DNA of 64,000 nt from Nitrospirota bacterium (GCA_040758355.1 JBFLWF010000008.1:34494-98493); one strand, 5' to 3'. Counted from the stretch's first letter, positions 1-9,084 are shown. Made by a program: numbers and translations. The notes: a model not told the origin generated them from the letters alone.

Positions 1-778
1 CTCCATTACCCATTTTACTGAATTCAATGAAGAGATGAAGGGTGTATTTGTGACAGCCCATGACATCACACCCACAGACCATATAAAGATGCAGTCGGCA
101 TTCCAGAAATATATTGACAATGCTGTTTCAAAGACAGTGAACTTCCCTCATGCAGCAACGACAAAGGATGTTGAGGATGTCTATATGCTTGCATACAAAA
201 CAGGATGCAAGGGTGTGACCGTTTACAGGGACGGATCAAGGGAAGAACAGGTCCTCAGCACAAAGAAGGCAGATGAAAAGGCAAAGCAGGAAACAGGCGG
301 AAAGGTTGTGCCCAAAAAGAGGCCGTCTGTCATCAAGGGTGCAACAAGGCTTCTGAAGACAGGCTGCGGACATCTCTACGTGACCATCAACGAGGATGAA
401 AACGGCAAGCCATTTGAGGTATTCACAAACATTGGCAAGGCTGGCGGCTGCGCATCGAGCCAGTCAGAGGCAATCGGAAGGCTCATATCCCTTTCTCTCA
501 GGTCTAATATCGAGCCTGAAGAGATAGTTAAACAGTTGAAGGGAATATCATGCCACCAGCCCTCATGGACAGAAGGCGGCAAGATACTTTCATGCTCTGA
601 TGCAATTGCAAAGGCAATAGAGAAATACGCACATGCTGCAAAAGGCGATAATGGTAACGGCAAGTCCAAATACAATGAGGTTATGCTCATAGGCGCATGC
701 CCCGAGTGCGGCGGCGCTGTTGAGCACGAGGGCGGCTGCGCAGTCTGCCATAACTGCGGATTCACAAAATGCGGGTAA
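1..778 (+). CDS. nrdJ: Vitamin B12-dependent (class II) ribonucleotide reductase, C-terminal part (5' truncated by window)
   Basis: Frame open from window start; DNAVSKTVN and GCKGVTVYRDGSR motifs, TSCPD-like domain (TGCGHLYVTIN...PFEVF), C-terminal Zn ribbon CPECG...CHNCGFTKCG. Confidence 0.92.
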   Translation, partial: SITHFTEFNEEMKGVFVTAHDITPTDHIKMQSAFQKYIDNAVSKTVNFPHAATTKDVEDVYMLAYKTGCKGVTVYRDGSREEQVLSTKKADEKAKQETGGKVVPKKRPSVIKGATRLLKTGCGHLYVTINEDENGKPFEVFTNIGKAGGCASSQSEAIGRLISLSLRSNIEPEEIVKQLKGISCHQPSWTEGGKILSCSDAIAKAIEKYAHAAKGDNGNGKSKYNEVMLIGACPECGGAVEHEGGCAVCHNCGFTKCG

Positions 779-794
779 GCCGCTTATTATGACT

Positions 795-961
795 AAAAAT
801 GCAGGGTATAGTATTTTCGCTCATTCTCGAAAGGCATCCGGATTATTGTCCGAAAAGTCCTCAGACTTTTCGGTGGTCTCCGAGGCTGAGCCAGCCCGCT
901 TAGACATCCATGTCACGCATGGGCTGCCTAAGTCCGCTCAAATACTACACCCTGCATTTTT
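795..961. mobile_element. MITE/REP-like palindromic element, ~167 bp, with 22-bp terminal inverted repeats
   Basis: AAAAATGCAGGGTATAGTATTT (795-816) pairs with AAATACTACACCCTGCATTTTT (940-961) with 1 mismatch; internal hairpin CCGAAAAGTC-CTCA-GACTTTTCGG (850-873). Confidence 0.6.
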
Positions 962-984
962 TATTTAAGGATAAAGGAGAAAAT

Positions 985-1491
985 ATGAGTGGGAATAATG
1001 GAAATAACGGAAATGGAAAGTTTGTAAGGCCGGGTTGGGAGGAGTATTTTTTAGAAATTGCAAAAGTTGTATCTTCACGCTCGACCTGTTTGAGAAGGCG
1101 GTATGGCGCTGTAATTGTGAAGGACAATGTTATTGTGAGCACGGGATACAACGGCGCTCCAAGAGGCTCTGTGAACTGCGTTGACAGGGGAAGCTGCAGG
1201 AGAAAGGAGCTCAATGTACCTGCTGGCGAGAGATACGAGCTCTGCGAGGCAGTTCATGCAGAGCAAAACGCTGTCATCAACGGCTCTCCTGAAAGAATGA
1301 AAGAGGCAACCATCTATATAGCGGGATTTGAGGAGGATGAAACCTTTGCAGACGGAAAGCCATGCCTTTTATGCCGCCGCATGATACAGAACGCAATGAT
1401 AAAAGAAGTCGTCTATCTTAAAAAAGACGGCAGCATTGTGAAGGTGGGGGATGTGAGGGAACTGGAATCGCCTTTGGCTGTCGGAGGGTAA
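985..1491 (+). CDS. dCMP deaminase / ComEB family
   Basis: RSTCLRR, STGYNGAP, HAEQNA and PCxxC zinc motifs; AAGGAG RBS before ATG at 985. Confidence 0.9.
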   Translation: MSGNNGNNGNGKFVRPGWEEYFLEIAKVVSSRSTCLRRRYGAVIVKDNVIVSTGYNGAPRGSVNCVDRGSCRRKELNVPAGERYELCEAVHAEQNAVINGSPERMKEATIYIAGFEEDETFADGKPCLLCRRMIQNAMIKEVVYLKKDGSIVKVGDVRELESPLAVGG

Positions 1492-1495
1492 AAGC

Positions 1496-1524
1496 TTGAT
1501 AAATGATTACGAATGTAGTATATT
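1496..1524 (+). promoter_or_regulatory. sigma70-like promoter, probably leaderless transcript for PIN gene
   Basis: TTGATA-17 bp-TATATT, 6 nt before ATG at 1531, no SD. Confidence 0.55.
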
Positions 1525-1530
1525 GTAAAC

Positions 1531-2025
1531 ATGGAAGTAGTTTTTGACGCATCAACGCTGATTCTGCTTGCAAAAATAGAACTGCTAAGGGAATTGGCAG
1601 GGGAGATTAAGATTATTATTTCAGAAAAGGTTAAGGCAGAATGTCTTGCAAAAGAAGGAATTGATGCTAAGTTAATTGCAACGCTTATTAAAGAAAAGAA
1701 AATCGAAGTAAAGAAAACCGGCAATGCAGAGATAATCAAAAAGATTCAACGCGATTTTAGAATTGACGCTGGCGAAGCAGAGTCTTTGCTGCTGGCGAGA
1801 AAAATGGAATGTCCATTAGCTGTTGATGATGGCCCGACAATAAAAGCATGCAAGGTCTTAGGGCAGCAATTTATAACTGCAATTCATTTTCTATTAAACC
1901 TTGCTTTGAATAATAAATTACAACTGCCTATTTCTTTGGTAAAGCTCGAAAAGCTATCTATTTACGGCAGATACAGCAAACGGATAATTGAAGATGCTAC
2001 AAAACGTCTAAAAGGAGGTAACTAA
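1531..2025 (+). CDS. PIN-domain (VapC/DUF3368-like) toxin
   Basis: VVFDASTLILLAKI, DAGEAESLLLA, AVDD acidic PIN residues. Confidence 0.8.
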   Translation: MEVVFDASTLILLAKIELLRELAGEIKIIISEKVKAECLAKEGIDAKLIATLIKEKKIEVKKTGNAEIIKKIQRDFRIDAGEAESLLLARKMECPLAVDDGPTIKACKVLGQQFITAIHFLLNLALNNKLQLPISLVKLEKLSIYGRYSKRIIEDATKRLKGGN

Positions 2026-2312
2026 TGGGTGTTATAAGCCTAAGATTAAAGGACAGAGATCTGGAAAGGCTTCAGGAACTCTCCAAGCTTGAGCATAAGG
2101 ATAAATCGACTGTAGCTCGTGAGCTTATAGAATATGGGTGGGATTTTTTGATGGTTAAGCATTACAAAGAAGGAAAGCTTTCTTTGGGAGGGCTTGCTAA
2201 AAAGCTTGATATATCAATAAGCGAGACTATAGATTTGCTTGCCGAACTCGGGATAGAAGCCCCGATAGAGTTTGAAGATTATCTTAAGGGGTTTGAGGTT
2301 TTTAAATCTTGA
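2025..2312 (+). CDS. UPF0175-family antitoxin (RHH + HTH)
   Basis: N-terminal ISLRL ribbon motif; YKEGKLSLGGLAKKLDIS; TAATG overlap with PIN gene. Confidence 0.75.
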   Translation: MGVISLRLKDRDLERLQELSKLEHKDKSTVARELIEYGWDFLMVKHYKEGKLSLGGLAKKLDISISETIDLLAELGIEAPIEFEDYLKGFEVFKS

Positions 2313-2377
2313 AGTTTGAAGATGTTTTTGGTTGCGAGGATAGAGAAGGAGTTTAAAGGAGCAAAAAATTAAAATAT

Positions 2378-4201
2378 ATGAGATTAATATCTATTTATAT
2401 AAAAAATATTCTACCAGTAAAACTTTTTAATGTTGATGACCTTTCGGATGTCATAGTTATAGCTGGTCCAAACGGTGTAGGTAAAACAAGGCTTATTCAA
2501 GGATTACTGCAATATTTTCAGCAACCTCGTCCAAATTCAAATATTCGGTTAGTTTTAGAGGCGACTTGTGAGGATGAACGTAATGATTGGGGGAAAAACA
2601 GAATAGATACAAACCTGCCAGAAGATTGCCAGAAATTAGTGCAAACTTTACAAAAAGGACGTAGACGTAGAAATTGGAAAAGCAGTGTCTTAAATTTTGA
2701 AAGTGATCGCACTATTCAACAAATAAATCCTTTTCAATTTAGTTGGGATAATTTAGACCCTTGGGAAGAATCTGTTGGTTGGAGCATGACATTTGGTGGG
2801 CTCAGGGCGAGGTTTCAAGACACCCTTCATTCTATCTTCAGAAAAGTCGCAAGTCAAAGAGAGCAAATCGCACGAAAAGCCGAGGAGCTTATGAAACAAG
2901 GGGAAAAACAAATGGATTTGGATTTTCCTGACCCATTAGAGCCTTTTAAGCATGCTTTCAGCCAACTACTTGCACCCAAAAAACTATTAGATGCTGAACC
3001 TAAAAGGCAACAATTAGATTATATATATGATGGTCGACATTTCTCGATTGATAGCCTAAGTTCAGGCGAAAGAGAAGTAGTTAATATAGCATTTGACTTC
3101 ATTTTAAGGAATCCATCAGACTGTATAGTTTTTTTTGATGAGCCAGAACTGCACCTACATCCAGAGCTTAGTTATAAGCTGTTGCAAACCCTAAGATCTA
3201 TCGGTTCTAATAATCAATTTATTTTAAGCACGCATTCTCCAGACATCATTACAGCTTCTTTAGATAATTCCGTCATATTTATAGCTGCCTCAACAGAACA
3301 AGAGAATAATCAGGCTATTGTAGTAAAAGAAGATGATGAAACTAATCAAGCGTTAAAATCGCTTGGGCAGTCAATAGGTATTATAGCTCTTGGCAAGAAA
3401 ATCGTATTAATAGAAGGCAGTAGTACAAGTTTAGATAAGCAAGTTTATGGAATGATAATAAAGGATCGCTTCCCAAACCTTGTATTAGTGCCAAGTGGTG
3501 GCAAGACCGCAATCACTTCTTTTTCGACTCTTGCTGATAATGTATTAGAACGTACAATTTGGGGTGTTGAATTTTTTATGTTATGTGATAGAGATGCCCT
3601 CTCACCTTCGAGCCTAAAAGAACTTAAACAGACTAATAATGGCCGCTTACGAGTTCTTGGAAGACATCATCTTGAGAATTATTTTATGGACGAAGATATA
3701 TGGGCTAAAGTCTTTTCTTGTATGGAACCTGATGGATCATTACTTAGGTCGCCAACCGAAATAAAAAATAAGTTTAAAGAAATTGCAAGTGAGATGATTT
3801 CATATGCTGCTGCTCTTACGGTGTCTTCATGTTTCCGCGAACAAGTAGGGAAGTTGGATATTATGCCGAAAGACTGTTATGGCAAAAATGAAGAACAACT
3901 TATAGAGTTACTATCAAAGAAATCATCCGTGGAAAAAGTCAGAATAAATGGTATCCTTGATTCAGAAAAAGTAGTAATCGCTATTCGAGAAGCCGTGTCA
4001 TTACTTAATAAAAGCCTTACCGAAGATTCCGATGATTGGAAAAGCCTTATTCCCGGCAAGCAACTTTTAAATATATTTGCATCTAAAGTTAAAATGAATG
4101 TGGGTCGTTTAAAGCTTTTGTATTTGAAAGAGTCTGAAAAACAAGAATATAATCCTTTTGACGAAATTGTAAAAATATTTTCTGAATTTAATAGTTATTG
4201 A
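2378..4201 (+). CDS. OLD-like ATP-dependent nuclease (ABC ATPase + TOPRIM/DUF4435-like domain)
   Basis: Walker A GPNGVGKT, signature LSSGE, Walker B FFDEPELHLHP, STHS; TOPRIM-like LIEG...D and CDRD. Confidence 0.8.
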   Translation: MRLISIYIKNILPVKLFNVDDLSDVIVIAGPNGVGKTRLIQGLLQYFQQPRPNSNIRLVLEATCEDERNDWGKNRIDTNLPEDCQKLVQTLQKGRRRRNWKSSVLNFESDRTIQQINPFQFSWDNLDPWEESVGWSMTFGGLRARFQDTLHSIFRKVASQREQIARKAEELMKQGEKQMDLDFPDPLEPFKHAFSQLLAPKKLLDAEPKRQQLDYIYDGRHFSIDSLSSGEREVVNIAFDFILRNPSDCIVFFDEPELHLHPELSYKLLQTLRSIGSNNQFILSTHSPDIITASLDNSVIFIAASTEQENNQAIVVKEDDETNQALKSLGQSIGIIALGKKIVLIEGSSTSLDKQVYGMIIKDRFPNLVLVPSGGKTAITSFSTLADNVLERTIWGVEFFMLCDRDALSPSSLKELKQTNNGRLRVLGRHHLENYFMDEDIWAKVFSCMEPDGSLLRSPTEIKNKFKEIASEMISYAAALTVSSCFREQVGKLDIMPKDCYGKNEEQLIELLSKKSSVEKVRINGILDSEKVVIAIREAVSLLNKSLTEDSDDWKSLIPGKQLLNIFASKVKMNVGRLKLLYLKESEKQEYNPFDEIVKIFSEFNSY

Positions 4202-4205
4202 ATTT

Positions 4206-4268
4206 ATGCTATCTAAAAACACAATAATCCTCGGCGATAGTCGGAATATGAGCGAACCGAAGGAGTAA
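4206..4268 (+). pseudogene. 5' stub of a DNA methyltransferase gene (MLSKNTIILGDSRNMSEPKE*)
   Basis: IILGDSRNM resembles the N-terminus of N4/N6 MTases; repeated at 6061. Confidence 0.55.
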
Positions 4269-4279
4269 AGGAAATAAAA

Positions 4280-5236
4280 ATGCAAAGTTTATCAAAAATC
4301 AGAAAGAAAAAATTCAGGTATCCCAAAGCGGCTAAAGAATATTTAACTGTAAGAGAAACGCAGGCTGTATATTCAAGTAAAATAGATATTCCGTATCAAA
4401 GAGCTTGCAACTGCAAGCCTACTCATATAAATTGTCAGACCCCTAAAGATTGGATAAAATCTCAACTGGGTGTTTGGCAGTTTACATACGAAAAAAGAGA
4501 CATAAGAGACAGACAGCTACATCCAGCCACCTTTCCGATTTCCCTTGCAAGAAAAGTAATAGAGCTTTTCAGTCATCGTGGAGAACTGGTTTTAGATCCA
4601 TTTGTGGGTTCAGGAACAACATTGTTAGCGGCACAGGATTGCGGCAGAAATGCAATCGGTTTTGACCTGAAAAAAGAATATGTAGATTTATGCAGTCAGC
4701 GTCTAAAACAGAATTCACTTTTCGGTAATACAAAACAAATAGCAATACAAGATGATGCTTTTAATATCCCTGCATATTTAGAAGAAGAGACAGTAAAGTT
4801 GATTTTCACATCGCCGCCGTATGCAAACTTACTGAACAGGGCAAGGAAGAATAAAAGCCGTAGGGGTGACGAAAGAAAAAATGGACAATATTTGAAGGTT
4901 GAGCAGTATAGCCAAGACCCGAGAGACCTTGGAACAATGAGCCTTGAAAAATATACTAAGGAGATGGGAGATATCTACGAGCGTTTACTGCCGTTCTTAA
5001 AACCTAAGGGCCACTGTGTTATAAATGTTCCAGATATGTGGTGGGAAAATAAAAGGATAACTATCCATATAGCGTTAGTTGAGGAATTAAGGAAACGCGG
5101 ATATGAGTTGAGAAACATTATTATATGGGACAGGACTAATATTGTAAATCGCATAGGAATTTTCGGCTGGCCTTCCAATTATATTACGATGGGAACAACC
5201 TTTGAATATCTGCTTGATTTTTGGAGGCCTGAATAA
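4280..5236 (+). CDS. Site-specific DNA methyltransferase, probably N4-cytosine, alpha motif order
   Basis: HPATFP, VLDPFVGSGTT (motif I) precedes FTSPPY (motif IV). Confidence 0.88.
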   Translation: MQSLSKIRKKKFRYPKAAKEYLTVRETQAVYSSKIDIPYQRACNCKPTHINCQTPKDWIKSQLGVWQFTYEKRDIRDRQLHPATFPISLARKVIELFSHRGELVLDPFVGSGTTLLAAQDCGRNAIGFDLKKEYVDLCSQRLKQNSLFGNTKQIAIQDDAFNIPAYLEEETVKLIFTSPPYANLLNRARKNKSRRGDERKNGQYLKVEQYSQDPRDLGTMSLEKYTKEMGDIYERLLPFLKPKGHCVINVPDMWWENKRITIHIALVEELRKRGYELRNIIIWDRTNIVNRIGIFGWPSNYITMGTTFEYLLDFWRPE

Positions 5237-5238
5237 CT

Positions 5239-6048
5239 ATGGTGAAACTCTTTAATAAAGAAGAATTAATTGAAGAAATAAGAAAAATCTTTGAATCGGG
5301 CTGGATAAAGAGCGTAAAAAGAACAGTTGATAAAAGAAACGATGGAGCCGTCGGTAACACCTTGGAATCCTTGCTTGGCATCATGGAAAATAATTTACCG
5401 TTACCAAATGCGCGTGAGTGGGAACTTAAAGGGCAAAGAAAGCATAGCACTTCTCTGGTGACTTTAAAACATATAGAACCGTCGCCCACTGGTGCGAGAA
5501 TTGTTTCAAGTATTTTACTTCCTTTATACGGCTGGAAGCACAAAGAGGCTGGAAAGAGATATCCGGAGACAGAAAAAAGTTTCCGCTCTACAACGAATGC
5601 TACTACACATACAAATCGTGGTTTTAGGGTTATCGTTGATAGAGATAAAAAGAAGGTTATTTTTGATTTTGATGCCTCCAAAGCTGACACATCTAATTCA
5701 GAGATAGCTGCATGGCTTAGAACAGTAGAAGAGCGAGTCGGTTTAGGTCCTATAAATCCTGAACCGTACTGGGCATTTGACGACCTAAAATATGCTATAG
5801 GCTCTAAAATCAAGAACTGTTTTTATGTGGTTGCTGACACCAAGATTGACAATAAGCATGAGTATTTTAAATACGAAAAGCTTCTTGTATTGTCTGGTTT
5901 TTCCTTTGATGAATTTTTGGATTGCGTTGAAAAAGGCTATGTATATGTTGATTTTGATGCAAGGACAGGACATAATCACGGCACAAAATTCAGGGTAAGG
6001 CAGAATAGTTGGCCTGAATTATATTCAGACATAAAAACAATAGTCTGA
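5239..6048 (+). CDS. MvaI/BcnI-family type II restriction endonuclease
   Basis: DGAVGNTLESLLGIMENN, ELK and C-terminal HNHGTKFR motifs; directly downstream of MTase. Confidence 0.85.
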   Translation: MVKLFNKEELIEEIRKIFESGWIKSVKRTVDKRNDGAVGNTLESLLGIMENNLPLPNAREWELKGQRKHSTSLVTLKHIEPSPTGARIVSSILLPLYGWKHKEAGKRYPETEKSFRSTTNATTHTNRGFRVIVDRDKKKVIFDFDASKADTSNSEIAAWLRTVEERVGLGPINPEPYWAFDDLKYAIGSKIKNCFYVVADTKIDNKHEYFKYEKLLVLSGFSFDEFLDCVEKGYVYVDFDARTGHNHGTKFRVRQNSWPELYSDIKTIV

Positions 6049-6060
6049 AGAATTTAAGAA

Positions 6061-6135
6061 ATGTTTACCCCCACCATAATCCTCGGCGACAGCAGAAACA
6101 CTAACAAGATAAAGGACGAGAGCGTTAACGTATGA
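6061..6135 (+). pseudogene. Second 5' stub of a DNA methyltransferase gene (MFTPTIILGDSRNTNKIKDESVNV*)
   Basis: IILGDSR...I.DESV is typical of the segment preceding the SPPY motif; stop overlaps next ATG (ATGA). Confidence 0.6.
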
Positions 6136-6449
6136 GTGAGTTTGAAGAAATAGAAGATGATTTAGAGTTTCTTAAAGAATTTCCGAAAGACGATAACGGC
6201 ATGTATATCGTCTATGACCGTTTTACTTTTGATAATCTATTCCGCTTGTTGCTGGAAAACAACTTTGATCATGAAGATGCTTTGATGTTCATGCTTGCGA
6301 ATTGTGCAATGAGTGCACTTGTTTTTCAGGAGAGGATTCACAATGAAAGATACTTGGAACTTTCAGTAGAAGATGTATTGTCAGCAGACGAAGCTGCTCG
6401 CAGAGCGAAAGTCATCCACGATATATTGCAAATAGTTAAGGGCTCATAA
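6132..6449 (+). CDS. Hypothetical acidic protein
   Basis: 105-aa ORF, TAATG-coupled to next gene; no motif recognised. Confidence 0.65.
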   Translation: MSEFEEIEDDLEFLKEFPKDDNGMYIVYDRFTFDNLFRLLLENNFDHEDALMFMLANCAMSALVFQERIHNERYLELSVEDVLSADEAARRAKVIHDILQIVKGS

Positions 6450-6847
6450 TGCTCCGACTCAGAGGCCATCATCTCATCTGTCTTCATTTCTTTTCAGGCG
6501 ATGGCTATGACGCTACGTTTATTGAAAACCTCAGGGATGTCCTGAAAAGGGCGGAAGATGAAGAGATAGATATTATCTCAACTGCCGATAATATCTGCAC
6601 AAGATGTCCTTATCTCAAGGATTACAAATGCACATATGACGAAAAGGCTGATGAAGACATAAGAGAGATGGATGAAACAGCCCTCAAGCTTCTCAATCTT
6701 ACTGCAGGTCAAAAGATAACATGGCAGGATTTAAAAAATCTTATTCCAGACATATTCCTTCAGTGGCATGACAGATACTGCAATGACTGTGACTGGAAGC
6801 AGGCCTGCGAGAAGAGCGATTTTTATCAGGAAATGAAAAGAAGATAA
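6449..6847 (+). CDS. DUF1284-family Cys-rich (Fe-S/Zn) protein
   Basis: LRGHHLICL..F.G.GY, DNICxxCP, CxxCxWxxxC. Confidence 0.85.
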   Translation: MLRLRGHHLICLHFFSGDGYDATFIENLRDVLKRAEDEEIDIISTADNICTRCPYLKDYKCTYDEKADEDIREMDETALKLLNLTAGQKITWQDLKNLIPDIFLQWHDRYCNDCDWKQACEKSDFYQEMKRR

Positions 6848-6877
6848 AATGCTCGAAAATATTTTAAAATATCCTTT

Positions 6878-6934
6878 ATGAAAGCTAAGAAGAATCTTAT
6901 TGTTGTGGGCGACAGGGTGCTTGTGGAGGGATAG
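6878..6934 (+). pseudogene. 5' stub resembling a GroES-family gene (MKAKKNLIVVGDRVLVEG*)
   Basis: LIVVGDRVLV resembles the GroES N-terminal P(L)GDRVLV strand; TAAAAT 7 nt upstream of ATG. Confidence 0.45.
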
Positions 6935-6943
6935 GGAGATATT

Positions 6944-8392
6944 ATGATGGAAATAATATTTTTAGTCGCAGGTTTGGTAATAGGCGGGATAGCCGCATGG
7001 TTTGTTGCCAAATCACGCTTGCAGGGAGACTATTCTCAGAAGATTTCACAGGTCCAGTCCGATTATTCTGGCAAGATTGCAGAGATCGAGGGAAGGGCAA
7101 AGAGCGCAGAGGCAGTTGTCAGTGAACTCAGGCAGCAGATTCAGCAAAGGGAATCGGATATTAATCAGATTAGGAGCGAGCTTGATAATGAGAGGCAGCA
7201 GAGGATAGAGACCACAACCAGACTGGATGAGGCGCAGAAAAGGCTTGAGGATTCCTACAAGAACCTCGATGAGCAGAAGGCGCTTATCGAGGTGATGAAG
7301 ACCGAGCTGACAGATACATTCAAGGCCCATGCATCGGCAGCATTAAAGAGCAGCAATGAGGATTTTCTCAAGCTTGCATCAGAGCACCTCGGGAAGATAC
7401 TTGCAGAGACAAAAGGAAAGCTCGGGGAGCATAGAGAGGCGCTGGACGGAACCATAAAGCCGCTTCAGGAAATGCTCAAGAGATATGAAGAACAGATCCA
7501 ACAGATAGAGAAACACAGGCATGAAAGCTTTGGCAGTCTGACTCAGCAAATCCGCTCGCTCTCATCCATGCAGGAGCAGTTGCAGAAGGAGACGAGCAAT
7601 CTCGTCACTGTTCTCAGAAGGCCAAAGGTGAGCGGCTCATGGGGCGAGATAGGGCTGAGGAGGGTTGCAGAGCTTGCCGGGATGACAGCGTACTGCGATT
7701 TCTATGAGCAGGAGTCTGTTTCCACAGAATCGGGAAGACTGAGGCCCGACATGGTTGTGAGGCTTCCAAACGGCAGGGAGATTGTTGTGGATGCAAAGGC
7801 GCCTGTTGATGCTTACCTTAATGCAGTCTCCGCATCCTCTGAAGATGAGAGGAAAAAGGCTATAGGCAATTACATAACTCAGGTAAGGAATCATATGAAC
7901 ACCCTCGGATCAAAGGCATACTGGGATCAGTTTAAGCAGTCACCTGAGATTGTTGTGATGTATCTTCCCGGTGAATCGTTTTTCAGCGCCGCACTGGAGC
8001 ATGATCATAAGTTGATAGAAGACGGCAGTGCTAAAAAAGTGATACTTTCCACACCGACGACATTTATAGCCCTTCTTAAGGCTATTGCATACGGCTGGCA
8101 GCAGGAGCAGGTTACAAAGAGCGCGCAGGAGATAAATAATTTGGGGAAAGATTTGTATGATAGATTTTCTATTGTGCTTGAGCATTTTGCAGATATAGGA
8201 GCTGCAATCAGAAAGGCTGTAGAGTCTTACAACAAAGGGGTGAGTTCCATGGAATCGAGGCTTATCCCTTCTGTAAGGAAGTTCAAGGAGCTTGGGGTTT
8301 CGAGCCAGAAGGAGATAGAATCTCCTTCTGAAATCAGCCAGAGCACAAAGAATATCGAGCATCTTGCACTGGAATTTGATGATGACAAATAA
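6944..8392 (+). CDS. rmuC: DNA recombination protein RmuC
   Basis: N-terminal TM and coiled coil; GSWGE..L, LRPD.VV.LP, VDAKAP, P.TFIALL..IAYGWQQE. Confidence 0.93.
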   Translation: MMEIIFLVAGLVIGGIAAWFVAKSRLQGDYSQKISQVQSDYSGKIAEIEGRAKSAEAVVSELRQQIQQRESDINQIRSELDNERQQRIETTTRLDEAQKRLEDSYKNLDEQKALIEVMKTELTDTFKAHASAALKSSNEDFLKLASEHLGKILAETKGKLGEHREALDGTIKPLQEMLKRYEEQIQQIEKHRHESFGSLTQQIRSLSSMQEQLQKETSNLVTVLRRPKVSGSWGEIGLRRVAELAGMTAYCDFYEQESVSTESGRLRPDMVVRLPNGREIVVDAKAPVDAYLNAVSASSEDERKKAIGNYITQVRNHMNTLGSKAYWDQFKQSPEIVVMYLPGESFFSAALEHDHKLIEDGSAKKVILSTPTTFIALLKAIAYGWQQEQVTKSAQEINNLGKDLYDRFSIVLEHFADIGAAIRKAVESYNKGVSSMESRLIPSVRKFKELGVSSQKEIESPSEISQSTKNIEHLALEFDDDK

Positions 8393-8403
8393 AGGAGGTT
8401 CTT

Positions 8404-9084
8404 GTGATTGAGGATTTAAGGAAGTCTGAGACATGGAGGGTATTCAGGATACAGTCGGAGCTGGTTGATGGCTTTGAGACCCTTTTCGATATTGGCCCGG
8501 CAGTTACCATATTCGGCAGTTCAAGGCTTACCGAAGATGCGTATTATTACCACCAGGCAATAAAAGTAGGAAAGATGCTCTCCAGCGCAGGATTTTCTGT
8601 TATCACAGGCGGCGGGGCAGGGATCATGGAGGCTGCGAATAAAGGTGCGAAGATGGGCAATAAGGGAAAGTCGGTTGGGCTTAATATCGAGATCCCGCAT
8701 GAGCAACATCCCAACAAATATCTGGATGTAAACATTTCCTTCAGATACTTTTTTGTGAGAAAGCTCATGTTCATAAAATATGCCATGGCCTTTGTCATAT
8801 TTCCCGGCGGGTTCGGCACAATGGACGAACTGTTCGAGGCATTGACCCTTGTGCAGACAGGCAAGATACAGTCATTCCCCATAATACTGTTCGGCTCTGA
8901 TTACTGGAAGGGACTTATAGAATGGATGAAGCAAACCCTTGTTCCTGAAGGTACGATAGGCAGGGAGGACTTTGCCCTTTTCAATATTGTGGACACGCCT
9001 GAAGAGGTCTGCGAACTGCTCAAGGAGCACTACAGGGTATTCGGAGGGCCTGTACCAATTGGAGAGTGTAAGAACACTAAATAA
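8404..9084 (+). CDS. LOG family (TIGR00730) nucleotide phosphoribohydrolase
   Basis: TGGGAGIMEAANKGA, FPGGFGTMDELFE. Confidence 0.92.
   Translation: MIEDLRKSETWRVFRIQSELVDGFETLFDIGPAVTIFGSSRLTEDAYYYHQAIKVGKMLSSAGFSVITGGGAGIMEAANKGAKMGNKGKSVGLNIEIPHEQHPNKYLDVNISFRYFFVRKLMFIKYAMAFVIFPGGFGTMDELFEALTLVQTGKIQSFPIILFGSDYWKGLIEWMKQTLVPEGTIGREDFALFNIVDTPEEVCELLKEHYRVFGGPVPIGECKNTK

Noticed and set aside
910..984. N-terminal extension of dCMP deaminase and ORF 720-968
   Set aside because: Both run through the palindromic element; the RBS supports ATG 985.
985..1491. dCMP deaminase as an anti-phage dCTP deaminase
   Set aside because: Short single-domain enzyme with no kinase-like domain, beside nrdJ; a housekeeping role is more likely.
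2378..4201. Gabija or retron system
   Set aside because: No UvrD helicase or reverse transcriptase is adjacent.
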